A stretch of DNA of 64,000 bases, taken from positions 1-64,000 of IMG/VR virus record IMGVR_UViG_3300030430_004473; one strand, 5' to 3'. The notes under the pieces were generated by a model. That model searched no databases. It was not told the DNA's origin and saw only the letters and a program-made list of their open reading frames with translations. This stretch comes from a virus. A program made the translations under genes and the position numbers. Shown one piece after another: positions 49,895 to 59,016 of the stretch. Numbering within the stretch: position 1 is the stretch's first letter; each line of letters opens with the position of its first letter.

Positions 49895-50188
49895 ATGTTT
49901 GGAAAATACGCAACCAAAGGGATTGACATGCCACGTCAAGCTCTGTTCCGAGATTTAAGAGCTACATATATGGCTCAAACTGGTCATAATAATACAGAAA
50001 CAGCGATGTTTCTTGAAATGAGTCCTCAATCTTGTAGTACGTTAGCGAGTGGTTCTGACAAACGTCAACCTCCGTGGTATGCAGTGATGAGATTGGTGGA
50101 ATTTCTAGGATTGGAGCTTGTTCTTCAGGCCGACACTATTTTCATCAGAAAAATAATCAAAGAAGAACAAAGTGAAATAAAATCATAA
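49895..50188 (+). CDS. HTH DNA-binding protein
   Basis: AAGGAG RBS; TETAMFLEMSPQSCSTL is HTH-like. Confidence 0.55.
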   Translation: MFGKYATKGIDMPRQALFRDLRATYMAQTGHNNTETAMFLEMSPQSCSTLASGSDKRQPPWYAVMRLVEFLGLELVLQADTIFIRKIIKEEQSEIKS

Positions 50189-50193
50189 AAAGT

Positions 50194-50223
50194 TTCACAG
50201 AGTAATACGTTTTGTGATATAAT
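50194..50223 (+). promoter_or_regulatory. sigma70-type promoter
   Basis: TTCACA-18-(TGA)TATAAT; spacer shared with HNH promoter. Confidence 0.65.
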
Positions 50224-50247
50224 GATTTTACTACAACGGAGGTAAAA

Positions 50248-50559
50248 ATGATTTATATAATCGTCACGACAGACATGCTTGATATGAACATGTATGTCAC
50301 TTGTTACTCTACCAAAAAAGAGTTTGAAATACATAAAGCTCTAGCTGAAGAGCTTGAACGCAAAGATCAGCTATATGAAGGTGGTAATGGTTCAATAAGA
50401 CATGATTTTCACGAAGTACCTTTGCTAGGTAAGTCTCTAAAAAAGATTGCCCTTTCTATAACAAAAGCTTGTCATGGTGATACGATCAGTGACGTTATTG
50501 ATCAGATTGATGAACTAGATACAGAGGAAAATAACAACAACGGAGAAGATAATGACTAG
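50248..50559 (+). CDS. hypothetical protein
   Basis: ACAACGGAGG RBS. Confidence 0.65.
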   Translation: MIYIIVTTDMLDMNMYVTCYSTKKEFEIHKALAEELERKDQLYEGGNGSIRHDFHEVPLLGKSLKKIALSITKACHGDTISDVIDQIDELDTEENNNNGEDND

Positions 50560-51157
50560 AAAATATAGAAAACATATAAATTATAACAAAAAATATATCG
50601 TAAATAGACAAGTGTTAAAAGCATTGAGAAAGAAACACTTTGCAACGCAAACGAAGTTTGTAGAACATGTGAATTCAATCAACAAAGATGATCCTACGAA
50701 ATCGGATTTTGTTATTTCATTATCTCACTACAAGCAAATAGAGAGCAAAGACCAAAAACTCGTCAAAGATACTGTATTAGAAGTATTTGCAAAAGTGTTT
50801 GGTTGTACTGTTGAAAATCTTATATATTCTGGTCCGGAAGAAAATAAGACATTCGATATAGTAGAGCAAGCTGTTCAAAGTGTTGTAGACACTGAAAATC
50901 ATATTGTTGGTACTTGGCTAGAAACACTGGTTGATAAAGTGCTTCGATTAGAAGAACGTATTGAGAAACAAACGAAGCTGATCGAGAAACAGAATAGCGA
51001 AATACAACGATTAAACACAAATATAAATATTGTTATGAATCGTGAAAGAACAGCTATGAAGAAGTCTGATGATAAAGAAGTGATATCAATACCGAAAGAA
51101 GATATCATTATGTATCTATTGAAAAATAACATGATAAACATAACGCATACCTCATAA
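50552..51157 (+). CDS. XRE-like HTH plus coiled-coil protein
   Basis: LKALRKK..TQTKF..SHYKQIE..FAKVFGCTVENL; AACAACGGAGAAGA RBS. Confidence 0.65.
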   Translation: MTRKYRKHINYNKKYIVNRQVLKALRKKHFATQTKFVEHVNSINKDDPTKSDFVISLSHYKQIESKDQKLVKDTVLEVFAKVFGCTVENLIYSGPEENKTFDIVEQAVQSVVDTENHIVGTWLETLVDKVLRLEERIEKQTKLIEKQNSEIQRLNTNINIVMNRERTAMKKSDDKEVISIPKEDIIMYLLKNNMINITHTS

Positions 51158-51197
51158 TGTGTTATAATAATTAAGAATCTTAAATACGGAGATAAAA

Positions 51198-51371
51198 ATG
51201 AAAAGTCAATCTAAGATAAACCGGCTTATGGCATTAGGTCAAGTGTATGACGATAAAGTCAAAAGCAGCTCTTTGTATCCTAGTGGAATACAAAACGCTA
51301 GAAGAAAAATATCAGAAGCTGAATATAAAAAGAAGAAAGCAAAAAGAAAGAACAAAAAGAATAGGAGATAA
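51198..51371 (+). CDS. 57-aa basic microprotein
   Basis: TGTGT-TATAAT and ACGGAG RBS; absent from ORF track. Confidence 0.55.
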   Translation: MKSQSKINRLMALGQVYDDKVKSSSLYPSGIQNARRKISEAEYKKKKAKRKNKKNRR

Positions 51372-51373
51372 TC

Positions 51374-52066
51374 ATGAGTAATGTAGCAAGTGATCAAGTA
51401 AGATATGACTGGATAGATTCGTTGACAGAACGGCCTAACCTATCACCGGAACAGAGCGAAAAATTGAGGATCTGGATATGTGGTGAAATGAGTAAATATA
51501 TCGGATCTAGAAAAACGTATCTATTAAAGAAGATAGTCAAAATGTATCCATCTTTAGTTTCAGCTGTCATGCTTGATTTGGCGGTGATAGTACAACGTGA
51601 AGAGCTGAAGGTACTTCGTAGAGAGCCTGGAGGAACACGTTGCGATTGTTGTGATCAATACGTTAAGGAATACAAAAGAAAGGTATCGAAAAACATGTGT
51701 GTATTTCTTCAATCACTTGTATTTCTATCAATGAAGTCAAAAAGTCAGGGAAAAGGTGAATATGTTCACTTCAAAGAATGTGACTATCATAGTCATGACT
51801 ATCCCTATGTTGTTCATTGGGGACTAGCTGAGCGTTCTGAAGAAGAACAAGGCATGTATAGACCTACTGATCTAGGAATAAAGTTTGCGTTTGGTAAATG
51901 CGAAATTCCGAAGTTTATCTATACATACAACAATCATAAAACAGGAATAGATAAAACCGAAATGGTAAAGATAACAGATGTTCATAGTGAACGATTTGAT
52001 CTTGAAGAAATGCTATCAAGTGTAGTAGAAGAATCGAATGTTATAGAATTGCGAGCTTCTGAATGA
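51374..52066 (+). CDS. hypothetical protein
   Basis: AGGAG RBS; CDCCDQ. Confidence 0.65.
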   Translation: MSNVASDQVRYDWIDSLTERPNLSPEQSEKLRIWICGEMSKYIGSRKTYLLKKIVKMYPSLVSAVMLDLAVIVQREELKVLRREPGGTRCDCCDQYVKEYKRKVSKNMCVFLQSLVFLSMKSKSQGKGEYVHFKECDYHSHDYPYVVHWGLAERSEEEQGMYRPTDLGIKFAFGKCEIPKFIYTYNNHKTGIDKTEMVKITDVHSERFDLEEMLSSVVEESNVIELRASE

Positions 52067-53172
52067 TGAAACTTGGCAGTTTGTTTTCTGGAATAGGTGG
52101 TTTTGAAATGGGCTTGAGTAAAGCTCTAACTTTCAAAACCGCTTTTCTATGTGATAACGATAAAGCTAACATATCATTACTGTCAAAGAGGTTTGACGAT
52201 ATACCAGTATATGATGATGTAAAGAATATCAATAAACAAACTGTAGATATGGATATAGATATTTTGTGTGGTGGTTTTCCTTGTCAAAATATTTCTATAG
52301 CAAATACTAAAACTAGAGACGGTCTAGCTGGGGCCAAATCTGGACTTTGGTTTGAAATGGTAAGAATCATAGAAGAATATAGGCCGGCTATCGTAGTTGT
52401 GGAAAATGTTCCAAATATCAGAAGTGTATGCTTAAATGAAGTATTGATTACGTTGCATAACATCAATTATTCTGTTGAATGGGTAACGATATCAGCTGAA
52501 CAGCTTGGGGCTCCTCATTTGCGTAGACGTTGGTTTGCCGTTGCATATCCGAATCATGACAAAGAATTAGATTATTATTTTGAAAGAAATATAGAAATGA
52601 AAGAATACTGGAATGAAGAAGCTAGTGTATCTGAAATGATACCAACAAATGATATTGATATTAAATATCGAAACAAGCAAAGAACGAGAGTTGAACAGCT
52701 TGGAAATGCTATCGTGCCGGCATGTAGTGAGCTGATAGGACATTGTATAAAAGACAGTTTTCTGATATCTGGAAATAGATCCGTATTCCCGAGTAAAGCA
52801 AAAATAAACGCTCGAATCAGAAATAATAGAATAATTAGCGATCAGCTGAATCTATGGAATACAGACAATGAATATTCAGAAGTACTACCACAAAACGGAA
52901 AAATGTTGAATGGTGTTCTATATGAGTCAAATGCAATATCATATACATTAGAACGCAAATACACAAAATCGTACTTCACCCCTTGCAAAGCTGACGGAAA
53001 AAGATTGAGTCATTGCGATTCTACTATGACTTTTGACACGTTGTTAATGGATATGCTCAGAAAGTTAGGAACTACTGACGAGGATCGAATCAAATACAAG
53101 TACATGGTGAATCCAAACTTTGTAGAGTATATGATGAACTTCCCACACGACTGGACTAAAAATGAAGCCTGA
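52063..53172 (+). CDS. DNA (cytosine-5)-methyltransferase
   Basis: SLFSGIGG, GGFPCQ, ENV, RRRWF, LGNA. Confidence 0.92.
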   Translation: MMKLGSLFSGIGGFEMGLSKALTFKTAFLCDNDKANISLLSKRFDDIPVYDDVKNINKQTVDMDIDILCGGFPCQNISIANTKTRDGLAGAKSGLWFEMVRIIEEYRPAIVVVENVPNIRSVCLNEVLITLHNINYSVEWVTISAEQLGAPHLRRRWFAVAYPNHDKELDYYFERNIEMKEYWNEEASVSEMIPTNDIDIKYRNKQRTRVEQLGNAIVPACSELIGHCIKDSFLISGNRSVFPSKAKINARIRNNRIISDQLNLWNTDNEYSEVLPQNGKMLNGVLYESNAISYTLERKYTKSYFTPCKADGKRLSHCDSTMTFDTLLMDMLRKLGTTDEDRIKYKYMVNPNFVEYMMNFPHDWTKNEA

Positions 53173-53293
53173 TTTTAAGAAGCTCATATCAAAAGCGTAT
53201 TATGATAAAGAAGTATTCAAGCGATTGAAACAAAATCATAATTTGCAATACAATAAAGTCATAGATAACATTATTACAAAACATTTTGGAGAT

Positions 53294-53872
53294 ATGAAAA
53301 TGAAACCTAGAATATTGAGCAGAGTAGAGCAGAACGGCTACATGACTTTTGAAAGAGGTCAGTACAATCTAAATATAATCGGTGTCAGATCGATAACGAG
53401 AGAAGCTAACAAGTTTGACGATTGGCTATATGTCGTTTACAAGGATGAATCTGATGAATGGGTACAGTTGAAATTTCAGATAACAACAGATCCAGGCCTC
53501 TATCACTTGCAGAATCCTAGTAGAGTTGAGGGTACAGCTATTCTGGTTGCCGGTCAATATAGAAGTAGTCATAAGTTAGGGCTTCACAGAGGAAAATACG
53601 AAGCTCTTACACAAGTTGGTAAAGTTAGAGTATATCGTGACAATACCAAAGACCGAGAGTTAGATCTAGAAGCTGAAACGTATCAAAATGGTTATTTTGG
53701 AATTAACATTCACCGATCCAATGCTACTAGAGAATCAACACAAGTAGATAAATGGTCAGCCGGATGTCAAGTTTTCGCTAACCCAAATGAATATGACATG
53801 TTTATATCGTTGTGTAAGAGATCAGCTGAAAAATGGGGTGATACGTTTACATATACACTATTAGAGGATTGA
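53294..53872 (+). CDS. putative endolysin (L,D-transpeptidase-like fold)
   Basis: TTDPG, FGINIH..WSAGCQV His/Cys motif; GGAG upstream of ATG 53294/53300 (ORF extends to 53162). Confidence 0.6.
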   Translation: MKMKPRILSRVEQNGYMTFERGQYNLNIIGVRSITREANKFDDWLYVVYKDESDEWVQLKFQITTDPGLYHLQNPSRVEGTAILVAGQYRSSHKLGLHRGKYEALTQVGKVRVYRDNTKDRELDLEAETYQNGYFGINIHRSNATRESTQVDKWSAGCQVFANPNEYDMFISLCKRSAEKWGDTFTYTLLED

Positions 53873-53873
53873 T

Positions 53874-54824
53874 ATGGGTTTGACAAAATTATCAAAAGAG
53901 AAATTAAGTAACAATCTTGATTTAGTTGTATCAGTAAGCGGAGGAAAAGACAGTACAGCTACATGTCTGTATTTGTTAGAAAACGGATATACAACGAATG
54001 ATTTTGAAAGAGTATTTTTTGATACAGGCTGGGAATCCAAAGAAACGTATGACTATTTAGATTACTTAGAAACTAAGATCGGAAAGATCACACGATTAAA
54101 GAAACATGTCGATATTTCTCAATTTCCGAAAGAAACGCAACAAATGATTTTAGAAATTGAAAGTGATCTAGGTTTTGAAAGCCCGTTTGTAAGACTATGT
54201 TTCTATCATAAGTGTATGCCTAGTAGATTTCGCAAGTGGTGTACTAGAAGCTTGAAACTAGAAGTAGTTAAAGATTATTTCGACAATCATGATAATGATG
54301 TAATATCTATCATAGGCGTTCGAAGAGCTGAAAGTAGAGCTAGAGCAAATGTAGAAGAATGGGATTATCATGATCATTTAGATTGTGATGTATGGAGGCC
54401 GTTATATCTATGGTCGGAAAAAGACGTAATTGATATACACAATAAGCATAATATTCTACCGAATAATTTGTATCTACAAGGAAGCTCGAGAGTGGGTTGC
54501 TATCCTTGTATTTATGCAAAGAAAAAAGAAATTTCTATTTTAAGTACAGAACGAATAAAAATAATTGAAAAATTAGAAAAGTATACTGGTATTCATACGA
54601 AAAAAACAACAAACACACAATCACAAATTGAAAGATTAGAAGAAGTAAAAGAAAAATACGGATATTATTTCAATCAATTTTTTTCAAGAAAAGAACATGA
54701 TCCTTTTTCTGAAGTTGTTCTTTGGAGCAAAACAACGCACGGTGGAAAACAATTTAAATTGTTTGATACAGACGAACCATCTTGTAGTAAATGGGGTTTG
54801 TGTTCAGTTTGGGAAAATAAATAA
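53874..54824 (+). CDS. PAPS-reductase-family PP-loop protein
   Basis: SVSGGKDS, DTGWE, RKWCT, GVRRAES, RVGCYPC. Confidence 0.85.
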   Translation: MGLTKLSKEKLSNNLDLVVSVSGGKDSTATCLYLLENGYTTNDFERVFFDTGWESKETYDYLDYLETKIGKITRLKKHVDISQFPKETQQMILEIESDLGFESPFVRLCFYHKCMPSRFRKWCTRSLKLEVVKDYFDNHDNDVISIIGVRRAESRARANVEEWDYHDHLDCDVWRPLYLWSEKDVIDIHNKHNILPNNLYLQGSSRVGCYPCIYAKKKEISILSTERIKIIEKLEKYTGIHTKKTTNTQSQIERLEEVKEKYGYYFNQFFSRKEHDPFSEVVLWSKTTHGGKQFKLFDTDEPSCSKWGLCSVWENK

Positions 54825-54839
54825 CAAAAGGAGAGGATA

Positions 54840-55520
54840 ATGTCTACAGACGAATCAAGTCAGAAAAGCAGACATCTACAATTAAATCTTTGCAAGATAT
54901 TGAACTTAGAAGAAGAAGAAGATTATAAAAAGATAAAGACAGATAATCTTACTCAGATAGGTTCGTCAGCTCATGCAGATAACGAAAGAGAAAAAAATGA
55001 CTTCTATGCTACGCCACAATCAGCTGTAGTTAATTTCTTAAATTGTTATCTATACAGAGATAAAGAAGTGTTAGATAAAAATCTATGGGAATGTTCCTGT
55101 GGGGATGGTGCTATATCGAAGATTTTGGAAAACAACGGATATAATGTTTTTTCATCAGATTTGATAGATAGAGGATATGGAGAACAAAGCGATTTTATGA
55201 CTTATCAAGAAAATGTTGGAGGTGGCGACATAATTACAAACCCACCTTTCAAATTGATTCTTCCTTTCTTAGAACACGCAATCAAATTATTAGAAAATGG
55301 AAATAAGTTAATATTCTTAATGCGTCTACTTTGTTTAGAAGGAAAGCAAAGAAACGAATTTTTTAAGAAACATCCAATTAAATATGTCTATATTCATACA
55401 ACGAGAATAGCTTGTACTTTGCCTGATGTTCAAACCAAACCAGTTACAGCGATAGCTTATGCTTGGTATGTATGGGAAAAAGGCTATGAGGGTGAAACTG
55501 TTATTCGTTGGTTGCCTTAG
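54840..55520 (+). CDS. DNA N6-adenine methyltransferase
   Basis: DFYATP, WECSCGDG, IITNPPF, YAWYVW. Confidence 0.85.
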   Translation: MSTDESSQKSRHLQLNLCKILNLEEEEDYKKIKTDNLTQIGSSAHADNEREKNDFYATPQSAVVNFLNCYLYRDKEVLDKNLWECSCGDGAISKILENNGYNVFSSDLIDRGYGEQSDFMTYQENVGGGDIITNPPFKLILPFLEHAIKLLENGNKLIFLMRLLCLEGKQRNEFFKKHPIKYVYIHTTRIACTLPDVQTKPVTAIAYAWYVWEKGYEGETVIRWLP

Positions 55521-55532
55521 AGGAATAGAACA

Positions 55533-56138
55533 ATGATACAATTACACAACAAAGATTGTCTGGAAGCTATGAAGTCAATGAAAACAGATCAATTTGATCT
55601 AGCTATTGTAGATCCGCCTTACGGAATGCTCGAGGCCGGTATGCAAATGGGTGGAAAAAAAGGATCTTCTTTTCAACGTAAAGAAGTAAACAAATGGGAT
55701 AAAAAGCCACCGAAAGAATATTTTGATGAACTGTTTCGAGTATCAAAGAATCAGATTATCTGGGGTGGTAACTACTTCGGTCTACCACCTACGAGAGAAT
55801 GTATTTGTTGGGATAAAAAGAATTGTATGCCGTCTTTTTCACGTTGGGAAATGGCATGGACCAGCTTCAAAGGTGTGATGAAAATGTATGAACATATAAG
55901 TCAAAATCCAAATAGAATACATCCAACACAAAAGCCGGTAGCTCTATATATGTGGCTACTTAATACTTATGCAAAGCAGGGAGATAAGATCCTAGATACG
56001 CATATCGGATCTGGCAGTATTGCAATAGCTTGCCATGAGCTGAAGTATGATCTTGAAGGTTATGAAATAAATAAAAAATACTATCAGAAAACAATGTATA
56101 GACTCAAACAACATCAAAGACAATTGAAATTATTTTAA
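55533..56138 (+). CDS. DNA N4/N6 methyltransferase (beta class)
   Basis: DPPY, HPTQKP, LDTHIGSGS. Confidence 0.9.
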   Translation: MIQLHNKDCLEAMKSMKTDQFDLAIVDPPYGMLEAGMQMGGKKGSSFQRKEVNKWDKKPPKEYFDELFRVSKNQIIWGGNYFGLPPTRECICWDKKNCMPSFSRWEMAWTSFKGVMKMYEHISQNPNRIHPTQKPVALYMWLLNTYAKQGDKILDTHIGSGSIAIACHELKYDLEGYEINKKYYQKTMYRLKQHQRQLKLF

Positions 56139-56152
56139 CGGAAATAACGAAC

Positions 56153-56761
56153 ATGATAAACATATACAATGAAGATTGTTTACAAGCTATGAAAAACATG
56201 AATGATAATAGTTTTGATCTAGCTATCGTTGATCCTCCGTTTGGAATTGGAAACTTTGTTCAAACTAGCGGGGCCAAACGTGGATCAAAAGTTGATTGGA
56301 ATGATAACATTCCGACAGAAGAATATTTTTCAGAACTGAAAAGAGTATCAAAGAATAGAATCATATTTGGAGCAAATTATTTTAATTGCTTTGAAGAAAA
56401 ATATGGAGCTATTATTTGGGTAAAAAATCAACCCATGCCGGATTTTTCAAAGGCCGTGATTGCTTCATGCACTTTTCACAAAAAGATTGAAATATATGAA
56501 CAAACATGGACTAACTTTGTAGCTAAAGGAAGAAGTACAAAACATCCTTGTGAAATGCCTGTTGGAATATACAAATGGATTTTGCGTAACTATGCAAAGC
56601 AAGGAGATAAAATATTAGATACTCACTTAGGCTCTGGTTCAATCGCAATAGCTTGTGATGATATGGGCTATTCGTTGGATGGGTACGAACTAGATACAGG
56701 ATATTATGAAGAAGCTTGTAAACGATTGAAACAACATCAAAGACAATTAAAGCTCTTTTAA
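56153..56761 (+). CDS. DNA N4/N6 methyltransferase (beta class), paralogue
   Basis: DPPF, HPCEMP, LDTHLGSGS. Confidence 0.9.
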   Translation: MINIYNEDCLQAMKNMNDNSFDLAIVDPPFGIGNFVQTSGAKRGSKVDWNDNIPTEEYFSELKRVSKNRIIFGANYFNCFEEKYGAIIWVKNQPMPDFSKAVIASCTFHKKIEIYEQTWTNFVAKGRSTKHPCEMPVGIYKWILRNYAKQGDKILDTHLGSGSIAIACDDMGYSLDGYELDTGYYEEACKRLKQHQRQLKLF

Positions 56762-56762
56762 T

Positions 56763-56791
56763 TTGCATACTAAATCATTTTGTGTAATACT
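56763..56791 (+). promoter_or_regulatory. promoter for candidate sRNA
   Basis: TTGCAT-17-(TGT)AATACT; spacer ATCATTTTGTGT identical to promoter at 49841. Confidence 0.55.
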
Positions 56792-56797
56792 TAAATT

Positions 56798-56906
56798 GTT
56801 CGTTGACAAAAACAGCCAAGCAATTTTTCTTCTCCGTTGTTAAAGTTTTAAGGAAATTTGCTTTTGAAAGGGTGACTCATTTCGTTGGTTGCCCTTTCTT
56901 CTTTTT
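56798..56906 (+). ncRNA. candidate trans-acting anti-RBS small RNA
   Basis: Intergenic; 14-bp stem 56818-31/56850-63 with loop CUCCGUUGUUAAAGUUUU; ends in terminator; loop antisense to AACAACGGAG RBS class. Confidence 0.6.
56866..56906 (+). terminator. rho-independent terminator
   Basis: GAAAGGGTGAC/GTTGCCCTTTC stem (two G.U pairs, so + strand specific) followed by TTCTTTTT. Confidence 0.8.
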
Positions 56907-56972
56907 GTCAGAAAGTGACCGACAAAGATAACACTCTTCATGTTATGAATAATTAACAAGGAGAATAGAACA

Positions 56973-58274
56973 ATGAACATAACAGAATATCGAACTGTAA
57001 TGAATAGATATGAAGATAGCGAACGAATCAAACAGATAGGCCCAGCTTGGACTTTTACAAATAGCGAATTCGTTGAGCTAGGTTGTAAAAGAAAATGGTC
57101 GTATGGTTATTTGATGAATATAGAAACAACAGAAAAAGGAGACGCTCTTTTATATGGGATCGTTTGGCATGTAGTAATGGAACATGCATTATTAAGAATG
57201 AAGAATACAGATACATGTATAACCAAAGAAGAAGCTCTGGAACTGATTGAAATCGTAGGAAGAAAGTCTTTTGAAGAAGAACGTGAAGCAATACAAGTAA
57301 TCGAAGAAGCTAAAGAAGAATGGATAGAAAACTGTTTGGATAGAATGAAAAGAGCTATCGTGGGTTGGTGCGATCATTGGGCTATACTTCATAAAGAATA
57401 CGAAATCATAGCAATAGAGCAAACTCTAGCCAGGCCTATACTTCATCCTCAGACCGGTGAAATCTATAGTCCAAAGACATATATAATAGAAGAAGATGAT
57501 TGTTTATATCCAGCTGGTATCAACAAAGAACGATCCAATTTGATTGATGTATGTATACCATACTGGAAAGTAGGAAAAGCTGACGCTATACTTCTCAAAC
57601 GTGGAACAAAATCGCTTTATATACTAGATCATAAGACAACATCACAACCTACTTCATACGAACGAAAGTTTTTATTTGATATGCAGTTATCTGGCTACTG
57701 TTCTCTACTTGATTACGAAATCAAACATGGAGATATGACGTATTTATCAAAATATGAAGTCAAAGGTGTCATTTGGGATCTATGTCATAGCAAAGTGCCA
57801 AAACCACCGGAACCGTTAAAGTCCGGCAAACTATCAACAGCTAAGGCCAAACTTGTTCCGAGTTGGATCTATGAAGAATCTATTATCAAATATGAATTAG
57901 ATCGAAGTGATTATGAAGAACATTTGGAAATGCTAAAGACCAAAGCAGATCCGAACTACTTCTGTTTTTTGATTACATCAATTAATGAAAATGACATGAC
58001 ACGATCTGTATTAGAAGATTATAGTACAGCTTGCTCTATGCATGAACTGAAAACAAAACTTATCAATGCTGATAATATGACATTCCAATATACAGCTTCT
58101 AGGTATCCTATATGTCAACAATATCTCAGCTGTAAATATAGCTATTTATGTCAACCGAATGTAGCAATCGAAGATATAAATGAAACAATAAAGCACAAAA
58201 TATATTGGAAAAAGATTGAAAATAATACAGATTATGATATAATTAACTCAGACCAATTAGGTCTACCTTTCTAA
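56973..58274 (+). CDS. PD-(D/E)XK exonuclease (RecB/Cas4-like)
   Basis: CKRKW, GIVWH, GKADAI..ILDHKT, QLSGY, C-terminal Cys cluster. Confidence 0.85.
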   Translation: MNITEYRTVMNRYEDSERIKQIGPAWTFTNSEFVELGCKRKWSYGYLMNIETTEKGDALLYGIVWHVVMEHALLRMKNTDTCITKEEALELIEIVGRKSFEEEREAIQVIEEAKEEWIENCLDRMKRAIVGWCDHWAILHKEYEIIAIEQTLARPILHPQTGEIYSPKTYIIEEDDCLYPAGINKERSNLIDVCIPYWKVGKADAILLKRGTKSLYILDHKTTSQPTSYERKFLFDMQLSGYCSLLDYEIKHGDMTYLSKYEVKGVIWDLCHSKVPKPPEPLKSGKLSTAKAKLVPSWIYEESIIKYELDRSDYEEHLEMLKTKADPNYFCFLITSINENDMTRSVLEDYSTACSMHELKTKLINADNMTFQYTASRYPICQQYLSCKYSYLCQPNVAIEDINETIKHKIYWKKIENNTDYDIINSDQLGLPF

Positions 58275-58290
58275 TTCAACGGAGAAAAAT

Positions 58291-59007
58291 ATGTCTTTTA
58301 AGATAGAAAAAGCTTCCAAAGCTTCAAGTAATGCACCGATCAAGGCTTTGATATACGGTGATTCTGGTGCAGGAAAAACAACCCTAGCAGTTACAGGGCC
58401 TGGACCGGTTCTAGTACTATTAACCGAACGTCAAGCGATTACATCAATCAACGCCTCCAATCCTGAGGCTGATATTATTTATGTCAATACAGCTCAAGAT
58501 GTAAGAAACGTGATAGGAGCTTTGCGAAATGGTGATAAATCACTAGCAAAATATAAAACATTAGTAGTCGATTCTTTGACAGAAACACAACGATTAATTC
58601 AAGACGATATACTGAAAAAGGCTAGAAGAGATAGTATGCAATTGCAAGATTACGGAAAACTCGCAGACGCAACGAAAGGACTCATCAGAACACTGAGAGA
58701 TCTACCTATCAACGTCATTTGTACCGCTCTTATGGAACACGATAACGAAGAAGCTACTGGAAAACGTCATTATAGTCCTATCTTTATCGGTAAGAAAACC
58801 GGTCGTGAAATCGCTCAATGGTTCACGATAATAGGTTACTTGTATCGTAGGGATGTAAAAGAAGAAAACGAACGTGTTTCTCAAAGATACGTTATGTTTG
58901 ATGGCCCTTCTACAGTACTTTGCAAAATCGCAAATCCGTTAGAAGGTATCATTAAAGATCCAAAAATGGATAATATCATTCAATCAATTCAACAATACAA
59001 AGGATAA
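58291..59007 (+). CDS. Sak4-like AAA ATPase (single-strand annealing)
   Basis: IYGDSGAGKT, TLVVDSLT, QDYG; between exonuclease and SSB. Confidence 0.8.
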   Translation: MSFKIEKASKASSNAPIKALIYGDSGAGKTTLAVTGPGPVLVLLTERQAITSINASNPEADIIYVNTAQDVRNVIGALRNGDKSLAKYKTLVVDSLTETQRLIQDDILKKARRDSMQLQDYGKLADATKGLIRTLRDLPINVICTALMEHDNEEATGKRHYSPIFIGKKTGREIAQWFTIIGYLYRRDVKEENERVSQRYVMFDGPSTVLCKIANPLEGIIKDPKMDNIIQSIQQYKG

Positions 59008-59016
59008 GGAGAAATC

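Noticed and set aside
56791-56823. Minus-strand 10-codon ORF behind an AACAACGGAG site
   Set aside because: TTG start and tiny size; the flanking promoter, G.U stems and T tract favour a + strand RNA. Kept only as the refuting alternative.
851-56962. 15-nt repeat AATAATTAACAAGGA before genes 872 and 56973
   Set aside because: Only two AT-rich copies that include the SD; too weak to call a regulatory element.
56973-58274. Cas4 as part of a CRISPR system
   Set aside because: Context is exonuclease-Sak4-SSB recombination; no array or other cas genes.
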